The position numbers and the translations under genes are program-made. From assembly GCA_038321985.1 (NCBI GenBank), contig JBBQFN010000002.1, positions 320,001 to 384,000 of the forward strand: 64,000 bases of DNA. The letters run 5' to 3'. The notes under the pieces were generated by a model that saw only the letters and a program-made list of their open reading frames with translations, did no database searches and had not been told where the DNA came from. Origin of the DNA: Cyanophyceae cyanobacterium (lineage in GTDB: Bacteria; Cyanobacteriota; Cyanobacteriia; Cyanobacteriales; Laspinemataceae). Shown here piece by piece: positions 30,477 to 41,929 of the stretch. Within the stretch, counting starts at the first letter, position 1. The number at the start of each line of letters is the position of its first letter.

Positions 30477-31034
30477 ATGAAAGAATTGAAAAAATGGAAA
30501 CGGTTGCGATCGCACCTAGTCTTTGATAATCAATGGTGCAAAGTTCGCCGAGATGAAATCGAACTGCCGACAGGAGAAATCATTGATGATTTTTTTGTGA
30601 ATGTGCGTCCCGATATTGCCCTAGTGGTTCCCGTTACCACCCATCAAGAAATCGTGTTTGTGCGACAATATCGACATGGAGTCGGGGAAATTTTGTTGGA
30701 ATTGCCTGCGGGTGCGTTCAATCCGGATACCGAGGTAGCAGAAGAAGCAGCAACCCGAGAGATGACGGAAGAAACAGGTTACAGTTGCGATCGCCTCCAA
30801 AAATTAGCCACCCTCTATGATAACCCCGTCAAAGATACCAATAGCATTCACATCTTCTTAGCAGAGAATGCCCAAAATACCGGCCAACAATGCTTAGATA
30901 TCACCGAACAGATAGAAGTAGTCTTAATCCCAATTGATGCCGTCATGGAGAAAATTACCCAGGGACAAATCTGCGTATCAGGAAGCGTCGCCGCCTTATT
31001 TTTGACCTTAAATTACTTAAAAACAGCCCAATAA
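30477..31034 (+). CDS. NUDIX hydrolase, ADP-ribose pyrophosphatase-like
   Basis: VRQYR, ELPAG and Nudix box ending [12 protein letters not shown]. Confidence 0.88.
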   Translation: MKELKKWKRLRSHLVFDNQWCKVRRDEIELPTGEIIDDFFVNVRPDIALVVPVTTHQEIVFVRQYRHGVGEILLELPAGAFNPDTEVAEEAATREMTEETGYSCDRLQKLATLYDNPVKDTNSIHIFLAENAQNTGQQCLDITEQIEVVLIPIDAVMEKITQGQICVSGSVAALFLTLNYLKTAQ

Positions 31035-31148
31035 ATAAAACTCAAACCCAACCCCACAAAAAATCTAGTCAGATAAATTCGATGTAGGGGGTTTAAACCC
31101 TAGCCTTGTCAAGGTGATAGATTTGATAACGAAAAATCGTTATTTCAC

Positions 31149-31206
31149 GTAGGGGCGCAATGCTTTCGCCCAATTCAAATTCAGGGCGAAAGCATTTCGC
31201 CCCTAC
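31149..31206. repeat. GTAG-type REP-like long palindrome
   Basis: GTAGGGGCGCAATGCTTTCGCCC-12 nt-GGGCGAAAGCATTTCGCCCCTAC; 23-bp stem with one mismatch. Confidence 0.8.
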
Positions 31207-31254
31207 AAATACACCGTGACAGGGCCAGTTTAAACGATTGGCGATCGGTTGTCA

Positions 31255-31749
31255 CTACCAACCCCAACTGCCGGGAATTCCCTTAAAAGGTCCAACAATA
31301 TCCGAAGTAATCCAACCCCCATAAAACCCTCCCGGTTGAGGTTGGACTTCTTCCCCATCCACATAGCAAACATCCATCACTTCCGGATAGAATGCCACAT
31401 AATCTTTAATCCCCTCAAACTCAGGAGTAGGACTGGCATAAAACCACCCACAATTGGGCGCTTGTTTTTCTTTAACCGTCACCGTGTAATATCCCGCCGA
31501 CCCTTTCCACTCGCAGAAACTACTCCGGGGAGTTTGACTGAGATATTCCATTTTGATATCTTCAGGGGGAATATAATAAACTGGGGGATGACTGGTTTCT
31601 AAGACTCGTTTGGCGTGGTGAGTATCCGCGATGATTTCGCCATTAAAGATAATTTGGATATGTTTAGAGACATCTTCTAAACGAGGAGGACGGGGGAAAT
31701 CCCAGACCGATTCTTGTCCAGGACCAGGTTCAATTCGTTGTGAGTACAT
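31255..31749 (-). CDS. DUF427-domain protein
   Basis: ESVWDFPRPP, RVLETSHPPVYYIPP, CEWKG.A.YY, PQPGGFYGGWIT. Confidence 0.88.
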   Translation of the reverse strand: MYSQRIEPGPGQESVWDFPRPPRLEDVSKHIQIIFNGEIIADTHHAKRVLETSHPPVYYIPPEDIKMEYLSQTPRSSFCEWKGSAGYYTVTVKEKQAPNCGWFYASPTPEFEGIKDYVAFYPEVMDVCYVDGEEVQPQPGGFYGGWITSDIVGPFKGIPGSWGW

Positions 31750-31864
31750 GAGGAGTTAAGAGATGATATAGGTTAGAAATAGGTTAGCATAAAATGAGGA
31801 GCTTTTGTAATCAATACCCGCCATATATTAGGATGGTGGGACTACATAAACGATGAGTTTCCTC

Positions 31865-31894
31865 TTGACAAACCAATTAAAAGTCGGCTATAGT
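31865..31894 (+). promoter_or_regulatory. Sigma70-type promoter upstream of the DUF262-HEPN pair
   Basis: TTGACA-18 nt-TATAGT. Confidence 0.55.
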
Positions 31895-32102
31895 TGATGA
31901 ACTGGCTTTAATTCCGTAAAAATTTAATCTTCCCTAAGTTTAATTTAACAGCCTATACAATATTAATAAGAACCTTTTTTATTAAAGATGAGCTGCACAG
32001 GACAACTTCATCGTTGCCCCAAATTAAACTAGGATGCTGAGGCGATTGAAAATTTTCTGAGTTCCAATAGCTAGAAAACTAAAAATGGGGAGTATTGTAA
32101 TC

Positions 32103-33209
32103 ATGGCTTTACAAGAAGAAATTGATAAAACTAGACAAGAAATTAGGACAGACAACTATTCTATGTCTATTGGAGAATTAATTAGCTTGTATGAAAAGCA
32201 AGAAATTGATATTCACCCAGATTTTCAACGGTATTTTCGATGGTCTAATTATCAAAAATCGACTTTTATAGAATCAATTTTATTAGGCATCCCGATTCCT
32301 GCTATTTTTGTTAATCAAAGAGAGGATGGGATTTGGGATGTTATCGATGGGTTGCAGAGACTCTCAACCATTTATGAATTTGTCGGGTTATTGCAACCGG
32401 ATTTTCAAGATGAAGATAGCTCTTTTGTGGTTTTACAAGAAACGCACTACTTACCTTCCTTGAAAGGGAAAAAGTGGGATGACTCTAACGACCCGGAGAA
32501 TTCCTTGACTCCAACCCAGCGGTTATTGATAAAGCGCGCCAAAATAACCGTGAATATCATCGAAAAAGAAAGTGACAAGATGATTAAGTATGAGTTGTTT
32601 CAGCGACTCAATACCGGAGGGTCCATCGCCACTCACCAAGAGGTTAGAAATTGCATCCTTTTAATGTTGAACGAAGACCTCTATCACTTGATGCGTTTTT
32701 TAGCCGATCGCCCATCCTTTAAAAATTGTATCGCCTTAAGCGATCGCCTCTACGAAGAACAGTATGATATGGAATTAGTCTTACGGTTTATTCTGCTGTT
32801 TGATAGAACCGAAGAAAACCTCAAACAACTCGGCGGGGATGTGAGCGAATTTCTCACCGCTAGAATGAGGGAAGAGGCTCTTAAAACTGATTTAGATTAT
32901 AGCCATATTGAGCAAGCATTCGATATTACCTTCAATCTTCTGAATCAAACGATAGGAGATGATAGCTTTAAGCGATATCGAAAGAAAGATGACAAATTCC
33001 TGGGAGGCTTTCTCTTATCGGCCTATGAAATCATTGCCCTGGGGATTGGATACCATTATAAAAATCCTCTCCCCCCCGACCAAATCTCGCAACGAATCAA
33101 AACGATTTGGTCAGATTCAACCTATAAAAAATGGTCGGGTGCTGGAGTCAATGCAGCCAGACGCTTACCTTATTTGATACCCCTGGGGAGAAAGGTCTTT
33201 TCCCCATGA
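32103..33209 (+). CDS. DUF262 (GmrSD-N / ParB-like) domain protein
   Basis: P.FQR.FRW, FIESILLGIPIP, VIDGLQRL, ELFQRLNTGG motifs; start ATG 32103 or 32085. Confidence 0.9.
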   Translation: MALQEEIDKTRQEIRTDNYSMSIGELISLYEKQEIDIHPDFQRYFRWSNYQKSTFIESILLGIPIPAIFVNQREDGIWDVIDGLQRLSTIYEFVGLLQPDFQDEDSSFVVLQETHYLPSLKGKKWDDSNDPENSLTPTQRLLIKRAKITVNIIEKESDKMIKYELFQRLNTGGSIATHQEVRNCILLMLNEDLYHLMRFLADRPSFKNCIALSDRLYEEQYDMELVLRFILLFDRTEENLKQLGGDVSEFLTARMREEALKTDLDYSHIEQAFDITFNLLNQTIGDDSFKRYRKKDDKFLGGFLLSAYEIIALGIGYHYKNPLPPDQISQRIKTIWSDSTYKKWSGAGVNAARRLPYLIPLGRKVFSP

Positions 33210-33859
33210 AAATCCGAACCTTGGAACTATTAAGTGATAAATTAGCGGAGGATTTGGCTTGGCGAAAGAAAGAACTATCTGCGATGAAATCCTTGGTGGA
33301 ATCTAAAAATCTTTCCCGGGAAAAACATCAGGTGTTAGTTCGGAGTGCGGTCTGTATTCTCTATTCTCATTGGGAAGGGTTTATCAAATTAGCAGGGAAT
33401 GCTTATCTCGAATATGTTGGAAATAAAAAATTGACCTATCAGGAGCTTTCCACTAATTTTTTAGCCTTGGCAATGAAAGAAAAACTCAAGGAGGCTAAAG
33501 AGACCCATAAACCCTCCTTGTATATTCCCCTTTGTGATTTTTTTCGCACCGAATTAAATCAACGATGTAGCTTGCCGAAAGATGTAATCTCTACAGCATC
33601 TAATCTTTCATCAGAAGTTTTGGAAGAAATAACCGTGCTGTTGGGACTTGATTTTTCTTTCTACCGGACTAAGAAAAAATTAATTGATGAAAAACTGTTA
33701 AAACCCAGAAATGAAATTGCTCATGGGGGTTATTTGGCGGCATTTGATCGGGATGAATATATTGAATTACATCACGAAGTTATCGCAATGCTTGATCGGT
33801 TTAAAAATCAAGTAGAAAATGCGGCAATTCAGGAAGAATTTAGGCATAATTCACCTTAA
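33206..33859 (+). CDS. HEPN-domain protein, MAE_28990/MAE_18760-like family (putative RNase)
   Basis: DLAWRKKEL, LYSHWEGFIK, TASNL, and HEPN Rx4H motif RNEIAHG; ATG overlaps the DUF262 stop (ATGA). Confidence 0.85.
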   Translation: MKIRTLELLSDKLAEDLAWRKKELSAMKSLVESKNLSREKHQVLVRSAVCILYSHWEGFIKLAGNAYLEYVGNKKLTYQELSTNFLALAMKEKLKEAKETHKPSLYIPLCDFFRTELNQRCSLPKDVISTASNLSSEVLEEITVLLGLDFSFYRTKKKLIDEKLLKPRNEIAHGGYLAAFDRDEYIELHHEVIAMLDRFKNQVENAAIQEEFRHNSP

Positions 33860-33862
33860 CCC

Positions 33863-33891
33863 ATCGGGACAAGGCATTGCCTTGTCCCGAT
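33863..33891. repeat. Perfect palindrome (REP-like / terminator) between HEPN gene and ileS
   Basis: ATCGGGACAAGGCA-T-TGCCTTGTCCCGAT. Confidence 0.7.
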
Positions 33892-33900
33892 CTCTAGGAT

Positions 33901-36900
33901 TTAGAACTCTCCCGCTAAGGCGGCGTCACACCGATCGCAAATGGTCGGATCTTCCTCGGATTCACCGACGTGAGTTGAGTAGTTCCAACAGCGATCGCAT
34001 TTCTCTCCTTCTGCATCCACTACAGCAATTCCCCATCCGTTGACTTGGGTGCTATATTTCAACGCTTCCAGTGGTTGCGGGTTGTCTAGCACTTCGACTT
34101 GAGAGGTGATGAACAGATACCGGAGTTCGTCTACCCCGTTGCCGATCGCCTGGGGTACGGGCACCTTTACCGCGTGGGGGGCAGTCGCCTCTTCTATTGC
34201 ATCGATCGCCGCATCGGTTTGGGTTTTGCCGAGGATATAGTTACTCACGGAGGCAAGGGTATCTGTGAGTTCTTTGCGGTTATTGGCGCGTAAGACATAG
34301 CGGTTGACAAACCATCCACTGTATCCGATGCCAATCAGTTCTAGTAAACCCGGAAGCAAGGGGAAATCGGCGATCGCATCCACAATTGCGCCTAATACAA
34401 TCGTGGAAACTGTCGCACTCACAATTAATCCCACACTGAGGAGGGGACGGCGATAGTCCGAGAAAAATACTCCCAAGTATCGGGGTAACTCCGCCAGGAT
34501 TGCTAATGCGGCGTTGAGCACTTGCTGCCATTCGGGGACATCTGCCGGTGAGGGAATGTTTATCGGTTTCTCCCGGAGGGTAACTGAAGTTACTGTTTTA
34601 TTTTCCGGGGGATTTGCTACGGTAGTGGTGGTTGGGACGGTTCCCACCGATCTCGCCGGGTTCATGTTCCCTAATGTTTGGCGCAGTTGGATGTCGTCCA
34701 CGTATAACAAAACTTTGGCTTCTAAGGAAGAACCGATTGCCTTGCTTTGACGCGCCTTTTCTAGCACTTGGTTGACTTCCCCACGAATTTGGCGCAGGGT
34801 TTGCCAGGTTTTGGCGAGTTCGGGTTTTTTCCAACTCTCTTCTACTTGTACCCAACCCGCTTCAAATACCGAGTTATAGGGAGTGGGATAGGGGAGATTT
34901 TGCCAGATATCTTCGGCGATATGGCACAATACGGGGGCGACTGCTTTGGCTAGGTTTTCTAGGGCGATCGCCAGGACGGTTTGACAGCTTCGGCGTCGTT
35001 TGGCATCTAATGCACTGATATACAGCCGGTCCTTGGCGATATCGAGGTAGAAGTTGGATAAATCTACTACGCAGAAATTCTGCACGGTTTGGAAGAAGCG
35101 GAAGAATTGATAACTTTCAAAAGCATCGGTGACTTCGGCGAAAACTTCGGTCATCCGATGTAACATATATTGGTCTAATTCCGGTAATTCCTCGTAAGGA
35201 ACTGCATCTTTGGCGGGGTCGAAATCTTCTAAGTTCCCCAACAAAAACCGGGCCGTGTTACGGATTTTTCGATAAATATCCGAAAGTTGTTTGAGGATAT
35301 TTTTACCAATCGGAACATCGGAGGAATAATCTACCGATGACACCCATAACCGGAGAACATCGGCACCATACGGCGGTTCTTGTTTTTGGTTTGGCCCGCC
35401 GTTGATGATGATAGCTGGATCGACGACGTTACCCAGGGATTTGCTCATTTTGCGGTTGTTCTCATCAAGCACAAATCCATGAGTCAAAACGCTTTTATAA
35501 GGGGCGATGCTATTATTAGCAACACTGGTAAGTAAGCTGGATTGGAACCAGCCGCGATGTTGGTCGGACCCTTCTAAATAAAGGTCTGCGGGATAGCGCA
35601 ATTCTTCGCGACCCCCCACAACTGCGGCCCAGGAGGAACCGGAATCGAACCAGACATCCATTGTATCGGTGCCTTTGCGGTAGGTTTTGCCGTTGCTACG
35701 ATAGGCTTCCGGTAAGAGGTCTTCAATGGGTAATTCCCACCAGGCATCAGACCCTTTTTCGGCAATAATAGCCTGAATGTGGGCGATGGTTTCTTCAGTC
35801 ATTAAGGGTTCGCCGGTTTCTTCTTCATAGAACACGGGAATGGGAACGCCCCAACTACGTTGGCGGGAGATACACCAATCTGAGCGTTCTGATACCATTG
35901 CGGCAATCCGATTTTCTCCTTGGGCGGGAATCCATTTGACTTCAGAAATGGCTTTCATGGCTTCTTCCCGGAATCCATCCACGGAAGCAAACCATTGTTC
36001 AGTCGCCCGAAAAATAGTCGGTTTTTTGGTGCGCCAATCGTAAGGATATTTATGAACGTAGGGTTCTTCTTTGAGTAGAGATTTAGCTTTTTTTAAGGCT
36101 TCGATGACGGCTGTATTTCCTTCATTTAGCACGTTTAATCCGGCAAATTCTCCCGCTTCTTCGGTAAAGTTGCCGTTGCCATCGACGGGGGCTAAGATGG
36201 GCAAGCCATAGCGTTGTCCAACTTGATAATCTTCTAAACCATGTCCCGGGGCGGTATGTACGAGTCCGGTCCCGGATTCGGTGGTAACGTAATCGCCGCC
36301 AATGACCACGGGGCTAGTGCGATCGCACAGGGGATGTTTGTACTCACATCCTTCTAAGTCTTTGCCTTTGATTTTGGCTTTGACGGTGAGGGGAGTTCCC
36401 AGAGTTTCCGAGAGGCGATCGACTAATTCGGCAGCAACAATCAGGAATTTGCCCGAGGCGGGTTCGTAATCGGCAGCGGTTTCGACAATGGCATATTCCA
36501 GTTGCGGGTTCACACTCACCGCTAAGTTCGCGGGAATTGTCCAAGGCGTGGTAGTCCAGATTCCCACCCACAATTGTTTCATGTAGGATTTGAGGGCGGC
36601 AGCACTATCGGCTAACTTAGTGATATTGAAGGCCGCATAGATACTCCGTGAGGTGTGACCTTCGGGATATTCTAATTCCGCTTCAGCGAGGGCGGTTTGA
36701 GAACTCGGACTCCAATGCACAGGTTTGCGCCCTCGATAGATGTATCCTTTCAGAACCATTTTGCCAAAGACGCCAATTTGTGCGGCTTCGTATTCTGGTT
36801 TTAATGTGAGGTAAGGGTTTTCCCAATCTCCCCAGACTCCATACCGTTTGAAACTTTCTTTTTGTTCCTCAACGGTTTTTAGGGCAAATTCTTGGGCTTT

Positions 36901-37287
36901 TTGGCGTAATTTTAAGGGCGTCAGGTTTTGCCGTTCCTTGGATTTCATGGCTTGTAGCACTTTTAGTTCGATCGGCAAGCCATGGCAATCCCAACCCGGG
37001 ACATAGCGGACTTGATGTCCCCGCAGTAACTTATACTTGTTGATGATGTCCTTGAGGACTTTGTTCAGGGCGTGACCCATGTGGAGGGACCCGTTGGCGT
37101 AGGGTGGCCCATCATGGAGGATGAACAACTCGCCCGGATTATTCTGTGACAGCCGTTCATAGATTTGATGATCGGCCCAAAATTTCTGGAGTTCGGGTTC
37201 GCGTTTGACAGCGTTGGCCCTCATGTCAAACCCCGTTTTAGGCAAGTTGACGGTATCTTTATAAGTTTTTGCTTCGGTCACAGCCAA
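33901..37287 (-). CDS. ileS: Isoleucine--tRNA ligase with inserted CAAD (CURT1-like) membrane domain
   Basis: [12 protein letters not shown] (HIGH-type), [21 protein letters not shown]-terminal CDRC..CDRC zinc finger; hydrophobic insert near the C-terminus; start TTG 37287 or GTG 37281. Confidence 0.97.
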   Translation of the reverse strand: MAVTEAKTYKDTVNLPKTGFDMRANAVKREPELQKFWADHQIYERLSQNNPGELFILHDGPPYANGSLHMGHALNKVLKDIINKYKLLRGHQVRYVPGWDCHGLPIELKVLQAMKSKERQNLTPLKLRQKAQEFALKTVEEQKESFKRYGVWGDWENPYLTLKPEYEAAQIGVFGKMVLKGYIYRGRKPVHWSPSSQTALAEAELEYPEGHTSRSIYAAFNITKLADSAAALKSYMKQLWVGIWTTTPWTIPANLAVSVNPQLEYAIVETAADYEPASGKFLIVAAELVDRLSETLGTPLTVKAKIKGKDLEGCEYKHPLCDRTSPVVIGGDYVTTESGTGLVHTAPGHGLEDYQVGQRYGLPILAPVDGNGNFTEEAGEFAGLNVLNEGNTAVIEALKKAKSLLKEEPYVHKYPYDWRTKKPTIFRATEQWFASVDGFREEAMKAISEVKWIPAQGENRIAAMVSERSDWCISRQRSWGVPIPVFYEEETGEPLMTEETIAHIQAIIAEKGSDAWWELPIEDLLPEAYRSNGKTYRKGTDTMDVWFDSGSSWAAVVGGREELRYPADLYLEGSDQHRGWFQSSLLTSVANNSIAPYKSVLTHGFVLDENNRKMSKSLGNVVDPAIIINGGPNQKQEPPYGADVLRLWVSSVDYSSDVPIGKNILKQLSDIYRKIRNTARFLLGNLEDFDPAKDAVPYEELPELDQYMLHRMTEVFAEVTDAFESYQFFRFFQTVQNFCVVDLSNFYLDIAKDRLYISALDAKRRRSCQTVLAIALENLAKAVAPVLCHIAEDIWQNLPYPTPYNSVFEAGWVQVEESWKKPELAKTWQTLRQIRGEVNQVLEKARQSKAIGSSLEAKVLLYVDDIQLRQTLGNMNPARSVGTVPTTTTVANPPENKTVTSVTLREKPINIPSPADVPEWQQVLNAALAILAELPRYLGVFFSDYRRPLLSVGLIVSATVSTIVLGAIVDAIADFPLLPGLLELIGIGYSGWFVNRYVLRANNRKELTDTLASVSNYILGKTQTDAAIDAIEEATAPHAVKVPVPQAIGNGVDELRYLFITSQVEVLDNPQPLEALKYSTQVNGWGIAVVDAEGEKCDRCWNYSTHVGESEEDPTICDRCDAALAGEF

Positions 37288-37328
37288 ATCCTAAGTTATT
37301 ATAGAACGGTTTTCAGTTTATTATAAAC

Positions 37329-37416
37329 AGGACTTAGGCAACTTTTGGGATGTAACTCGATATGTAGGCGGCGCAGTACAGGAATTGCCCCTACCTACGG
37401 CTGATGCTTGAGTCGG
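37329..37416. repeat. Decayed copy of the AGGACTTACGC-ended element enclosing a GTAG...CTAC hairpin remnant
   Basis: AGGACTTAGGCA (37329-37340), GTAGGCGGCG...GCCCCTAC (37364-37394), TGCTTGAGTC (37405-37414). Confidence 0.4.
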
Positions 37417-37461
37417 GATTCAGGTAGACTGTTCCTCGTGGCGAGGGAAGGGTTAAGATTT

Positions 37462-40059
37462 TTAGGCTGGATAGCTGCCAGCGGTGATGACGCGATCGCG
37501 TCCGAGGGCTTTAGCGCGATAGAGTGCGGTATCTGCCGCCCGAATTAGGTCCTCTCCCGTCTCCCCTGCCACAGGGAAGCAAGCAATTCCCAGGGATGCG
37601 GTAATGATTCCTAATAATTCGCCGCGATGTTCTAGGGCCAGGTTTTTAATCGCTTCCCGGATTTGTTCGGCGCGGCGATAAGTGTCCGATAAGGTAGCAC
37701 CGGGTAAAATTAGGGTTAATTCTTCCCCCCCGTAACGGCAGGCGATATCCGACCCGCGAATATTTTGGATTAATAATTCTCCCACTTGTCGCAATACCGC
37801 ATCCCCCGCATCATGACCGAAAGTATCGTTAAAATGTTTGAAATGGTCAATATCAATCATGACCACACCCACGGATTGATCCTGACGATAAGCGCGTTGC
37901 AGTTCTCTCTCCAGAGTTTCTTCTAAGTAACGTCGGTTGAACAGTCCCGTCAGGGAATCACGAATGCTTTGGTCATGAAGGGTTTCACGCAGTTTAATAT
38001 TGGCTAAGGCTAAGGCAATTTGTTCGGAAACTGTGCGGGCTAATTGTTGTTTGGCTTCGCTTAATCGTCCTTCCTGGGGTGAAATTAAATACAGCAATCC
38101 CGAGATTTCCCCCTGGGCCATCATCGGGATACAGAGGGATTCTACCGGAAAACTTTGGGGGTGAATATGGTTACAAAATAAACTTAACGGACTATTGTCA
38201 ACCGCGTGCGATCGCCCCCGTCGTAAAGCCCAGCATTCATGAGGTTCAAACCAAGGTTTACTACCGGGAAGTTTTCCCCAAGCCGCCACATTTTTTACGC
38301 AGTTTTTAAAAGAGTCGATCGCCCCGAGTCCGCCGGAACACTTGGGGAATAATTGCGGCAGTTTTATCCCAATCGCTTTGTAGGCTTCTTCTACCGTTTC
38401 ACAGGCTTGCAATAATTCGTTCATTTCCCCCAATAACACCATTTCCCGATTGCGTTGCTTGAGTTCTTCAATCCACTGAATTAGCTTTTCATTGGCTTGT
38501 TGCAACGTCTCTTCAGATTGCTTTCCTTCGGTAATATTCCGAAAAGTTACCGTAAATCCGTCGCCGAATTTGACGGCGATTACTTTAAACCAACCCCGGA
38601 GTTTTTCATGGTCGTAATAGATTTCTACATCTAACAAATTCCCCGTATTGACTACCTCCACATAGCGCTCAAATAATCCAACTGCCTGATTTCCAGGCAG
38701 CTCTTCTAACATATAGTGACCGACCAGTTCTGTCGCACTGCGTCCAAGGAGTTTTTCAGCGGGAGGATTGACCGAAACCCATTGAAAATCAATGATAGTT
38801 TCTTCCGCATTTCGGATAGCTTTGAAAGCCATAATTCCATCCAAAGAGCTATTTAAAACCCCCGCCAACAAAGATTGAGAATATTGCAGGAATTGAACAG
38901 TTTGTTTAAAATCTGTAATATCTCGCGCTACCCAGATTACCGATCGCGTCGTGGGCAGGGGTGAAATACTCGCCGTAAATTGCTTTTGATGTTTTCCTAC
39001 GTTTAAACTGTACTCAAATTGAATCGGGGTCTGGGTTTCCAGTGACTGGCGAATTTGGCTTAAAAAAGTTTCCGAGTGGGACCCGTTAAAAAATTTTTCA
39101 AGGGTCTGGCTAATTAACTCAGAACTCTGTTTTGATTGGACTAAAGCCGGATGTGTTGGCGCAACTTTTATTTGATTTCCGGTCTCATCGATAATGAGAA
39201 CGATCTCACTCATAACAGCTAACACAGCGAGCAATTGTTCTTCAGTGGCGGTTAAAAATTTCCTCTCAGGAGTAAGGATATCTAATAATAGAAATGAATC
39301 TCTCAAATCTGTAGGCAATGCGTTCTTTTTAGGCTGAATTTTCAAAGAAGTGGGGAGTAATTCTTCGGAGGAAGTTTTTTGATTATTTTTAATTTTATAA
39401 GGTATAATTCTAATACGACGATTAATACGACTACCGTCTTGGCGTTTTTTGTATTTAAATAAATCTGATTTTGATGACTTTCTATAAAGTAGATGAACAG
39501 GTTTTTCCGGGTAAGAGTGAGAACTTAATTCTACAGATTTCTGCTGTTGTGATTGGAGGGAATCATCGAAGAAATTGCCCACTTGAGAGAAGTTAAATTT
39601 CTGCATGAGACGGGAAGGGGTGAGAACTCCCACCAGGCCGTTACCTGTATCACTGACAACCGGAAGATAACGAATTCCCTGCTGAAACCAAGTGAAAATA
39701 GGAGAAACGTCGCCACATTCTGACTCTTTAATGAATATCAAACATTTTTGCATGACCGCCGCCACAGTAGCTTTTTCTAAGGATTGTCCTGTCCCTAAAA
39801 ATTTAACAATATCTTGTGTCGTTAATAAATTGACAGCCTGATTGTCGTCGATCGCAAACAAGCAGCATTCGGTATCCTCTTCCCTGCCGGATAATTTGCC
39901 CAGAGGATTTAAGGGATGTCCCATACCCTCGGGGGACTGCCCCTGGCTCATCAATGCGATCGCCTCGATCAAAGGGGTATTAACAGCCACCATCTGGATA
40001 TTTCGGTCAATCGCAGATTCTATATCGAACGAACATAATAAACGATTTGCTTCGAGCAT
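37462..40059 (-). CDS. Diguanylate cyclase (CBS-PAS-PAS-GAF-GGDEF)
   Basis: DSLTGLFNRR, DIDHFKHFND.FGH..GD, RGSD I-site, RYGGEE active site; GAF with CWALRRG; degenerate CBS pair at N-terminus. Confidence 0.92.
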   Translation of the reverse strand: MLEANRLLCSFDIESAIDRNIQMVAVNTPLIEAIALMSQGQSPEGMGHPLNPLGKLSGREEDTECCLFAIDDNQAVNLLTTQDIVKFLGTGQSLEKATVAAVMQKCLIFIKESECGDVSPIFTWFQQGIRYLPVVSDTGNGLVGVLTPSRLMQKFNFSQVGNFFDDSLQSQQQKSVELSSHSYPEKPVHLLYRKSSKSDLFKYKKRQDGSRINRRIRIIPYKIKNNQKTSSEELLPTSLKIQPKKNALPTDLRDSFLLLDILTPERKFLTATEEQLLAVLAVMSEIVLIIDETGNQIKVAPTHPALVQSKQSSELISQTLEKFFNGSHSETFLSQIRQSLETQTPIQFEYSLNVGKHQKQFTASISPLPTTRSVIWVARDITDFKQTVQFLQYSQSLLAGVLNSSLDGIMAFKAIRNAEETIIDFQWVSVNPPAEKLLGRSATELVGHYMLEELPGNQAVGLFERYVEVVNTGNLLDVEIYYDHEKLRGWFKVIAVKFGDGFTVTFRNITEGKQSEETLQQANEKLIQWIEELKQRNREMVLLGEMNELLQACETVEEAYKAIGIKLPQLFPKCSGGLGAIDSFKNCVKNVAAWGKLPGSKPWFEPHECWALRRGRSHAVDNSPLSLFCNHIHPQSFPVESLCIPMMAQGEISGLLYLISPQEGRLSEAKQQLARTVSEQIALALANIKLRETLHDQSIRDSLTGLFNRRYLEETLERELQRAYRQDQSVGVVMIDIDHFKHFNDTFGHDAGDAVLRQVGELLIQNIRGSDIACRYGGEELTLILPGATLSDTYRRAEQIREAIKNLALEHRGELLGIITASLGIACFPVAGETGEDLIRAADTALYRAKALGRDRVITAGSYPA

Positions 40060-40447
40060 CGACTTTCCCTTAGTGCCATCAGAATCATCCCTCTAACCAG
40101 CCCTCCACCTGCTCCTAGAGATTGGCTCTTTGGCGATCGCTGCTCAAGCACTCTTCGCCTGATGAACCCTGGCGATCGCGCCAGTTTACCCCTTTGCCCT
40201 CTTCCTTTTTTCCAAGGTGACCCTCTCGAATCAACTAGCCCGTTTGGCTGGTACTGATTGCTAGTTTATCCTATTTTAGATTGAAATTGTAAACTCACTC
40301 AAAACATTGCGAATCATTGGGTTGACTTTAATCTTTCCTTCTTTTGAAACTCCCGTAAACCTAATTTCATCATTGAACTAAAACAAAATATATTTTATTT
40401 GGTATAATTTAACGGTAAAACAAACTATAAAACTTATTTTTTGTTAG

Positions 40448-41569
<1,122 letters not shown>

Positions 41570-41929
41570 TCAACCGGAGAATCATTGAGCTACAATGCTC
41601 GATGATTCCCCCAGATTAAGGTTAGGAAAAATACGAAGGCAGTCGCTTCGGCAATCTTTCAGCATTAAAAGTGCTAATCTTTACCCCAGAAAAGGAAACG
41701 ATTCACAAAACCGTCCAAGACTTAGCGCATCCCCAAGTCCTTACTTTTGAGTCCCGCTTTACCTTAATGGGCAATCCTTGGTAGGGAAAAATGGCGCAGA
41801 CGTTGAATATTTCCCCCCTCTTCCCTCTCTCCTGTGCTGCCCATCTTTCCCATCCCAGGACCAACCACAAATGACCACGGACAAATCCTGTACTATTAGG
41901 GTGAAGTGCGTTCAGAGAGAATAGCAAAG

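Noticed and set aside
30435..30515. N-terminal extension of the macrodomain ORF
   Set aside because: It would overlap the divergent Nudix gene; the macro fold begins at [13 protein letters not shown].
33131..33205. Upstream extension of the HEPN ORF
   Set aside because: It overlaps the DUF262 gene by 79 bp; the ATGA-coupled start at 33206 is more plausible.
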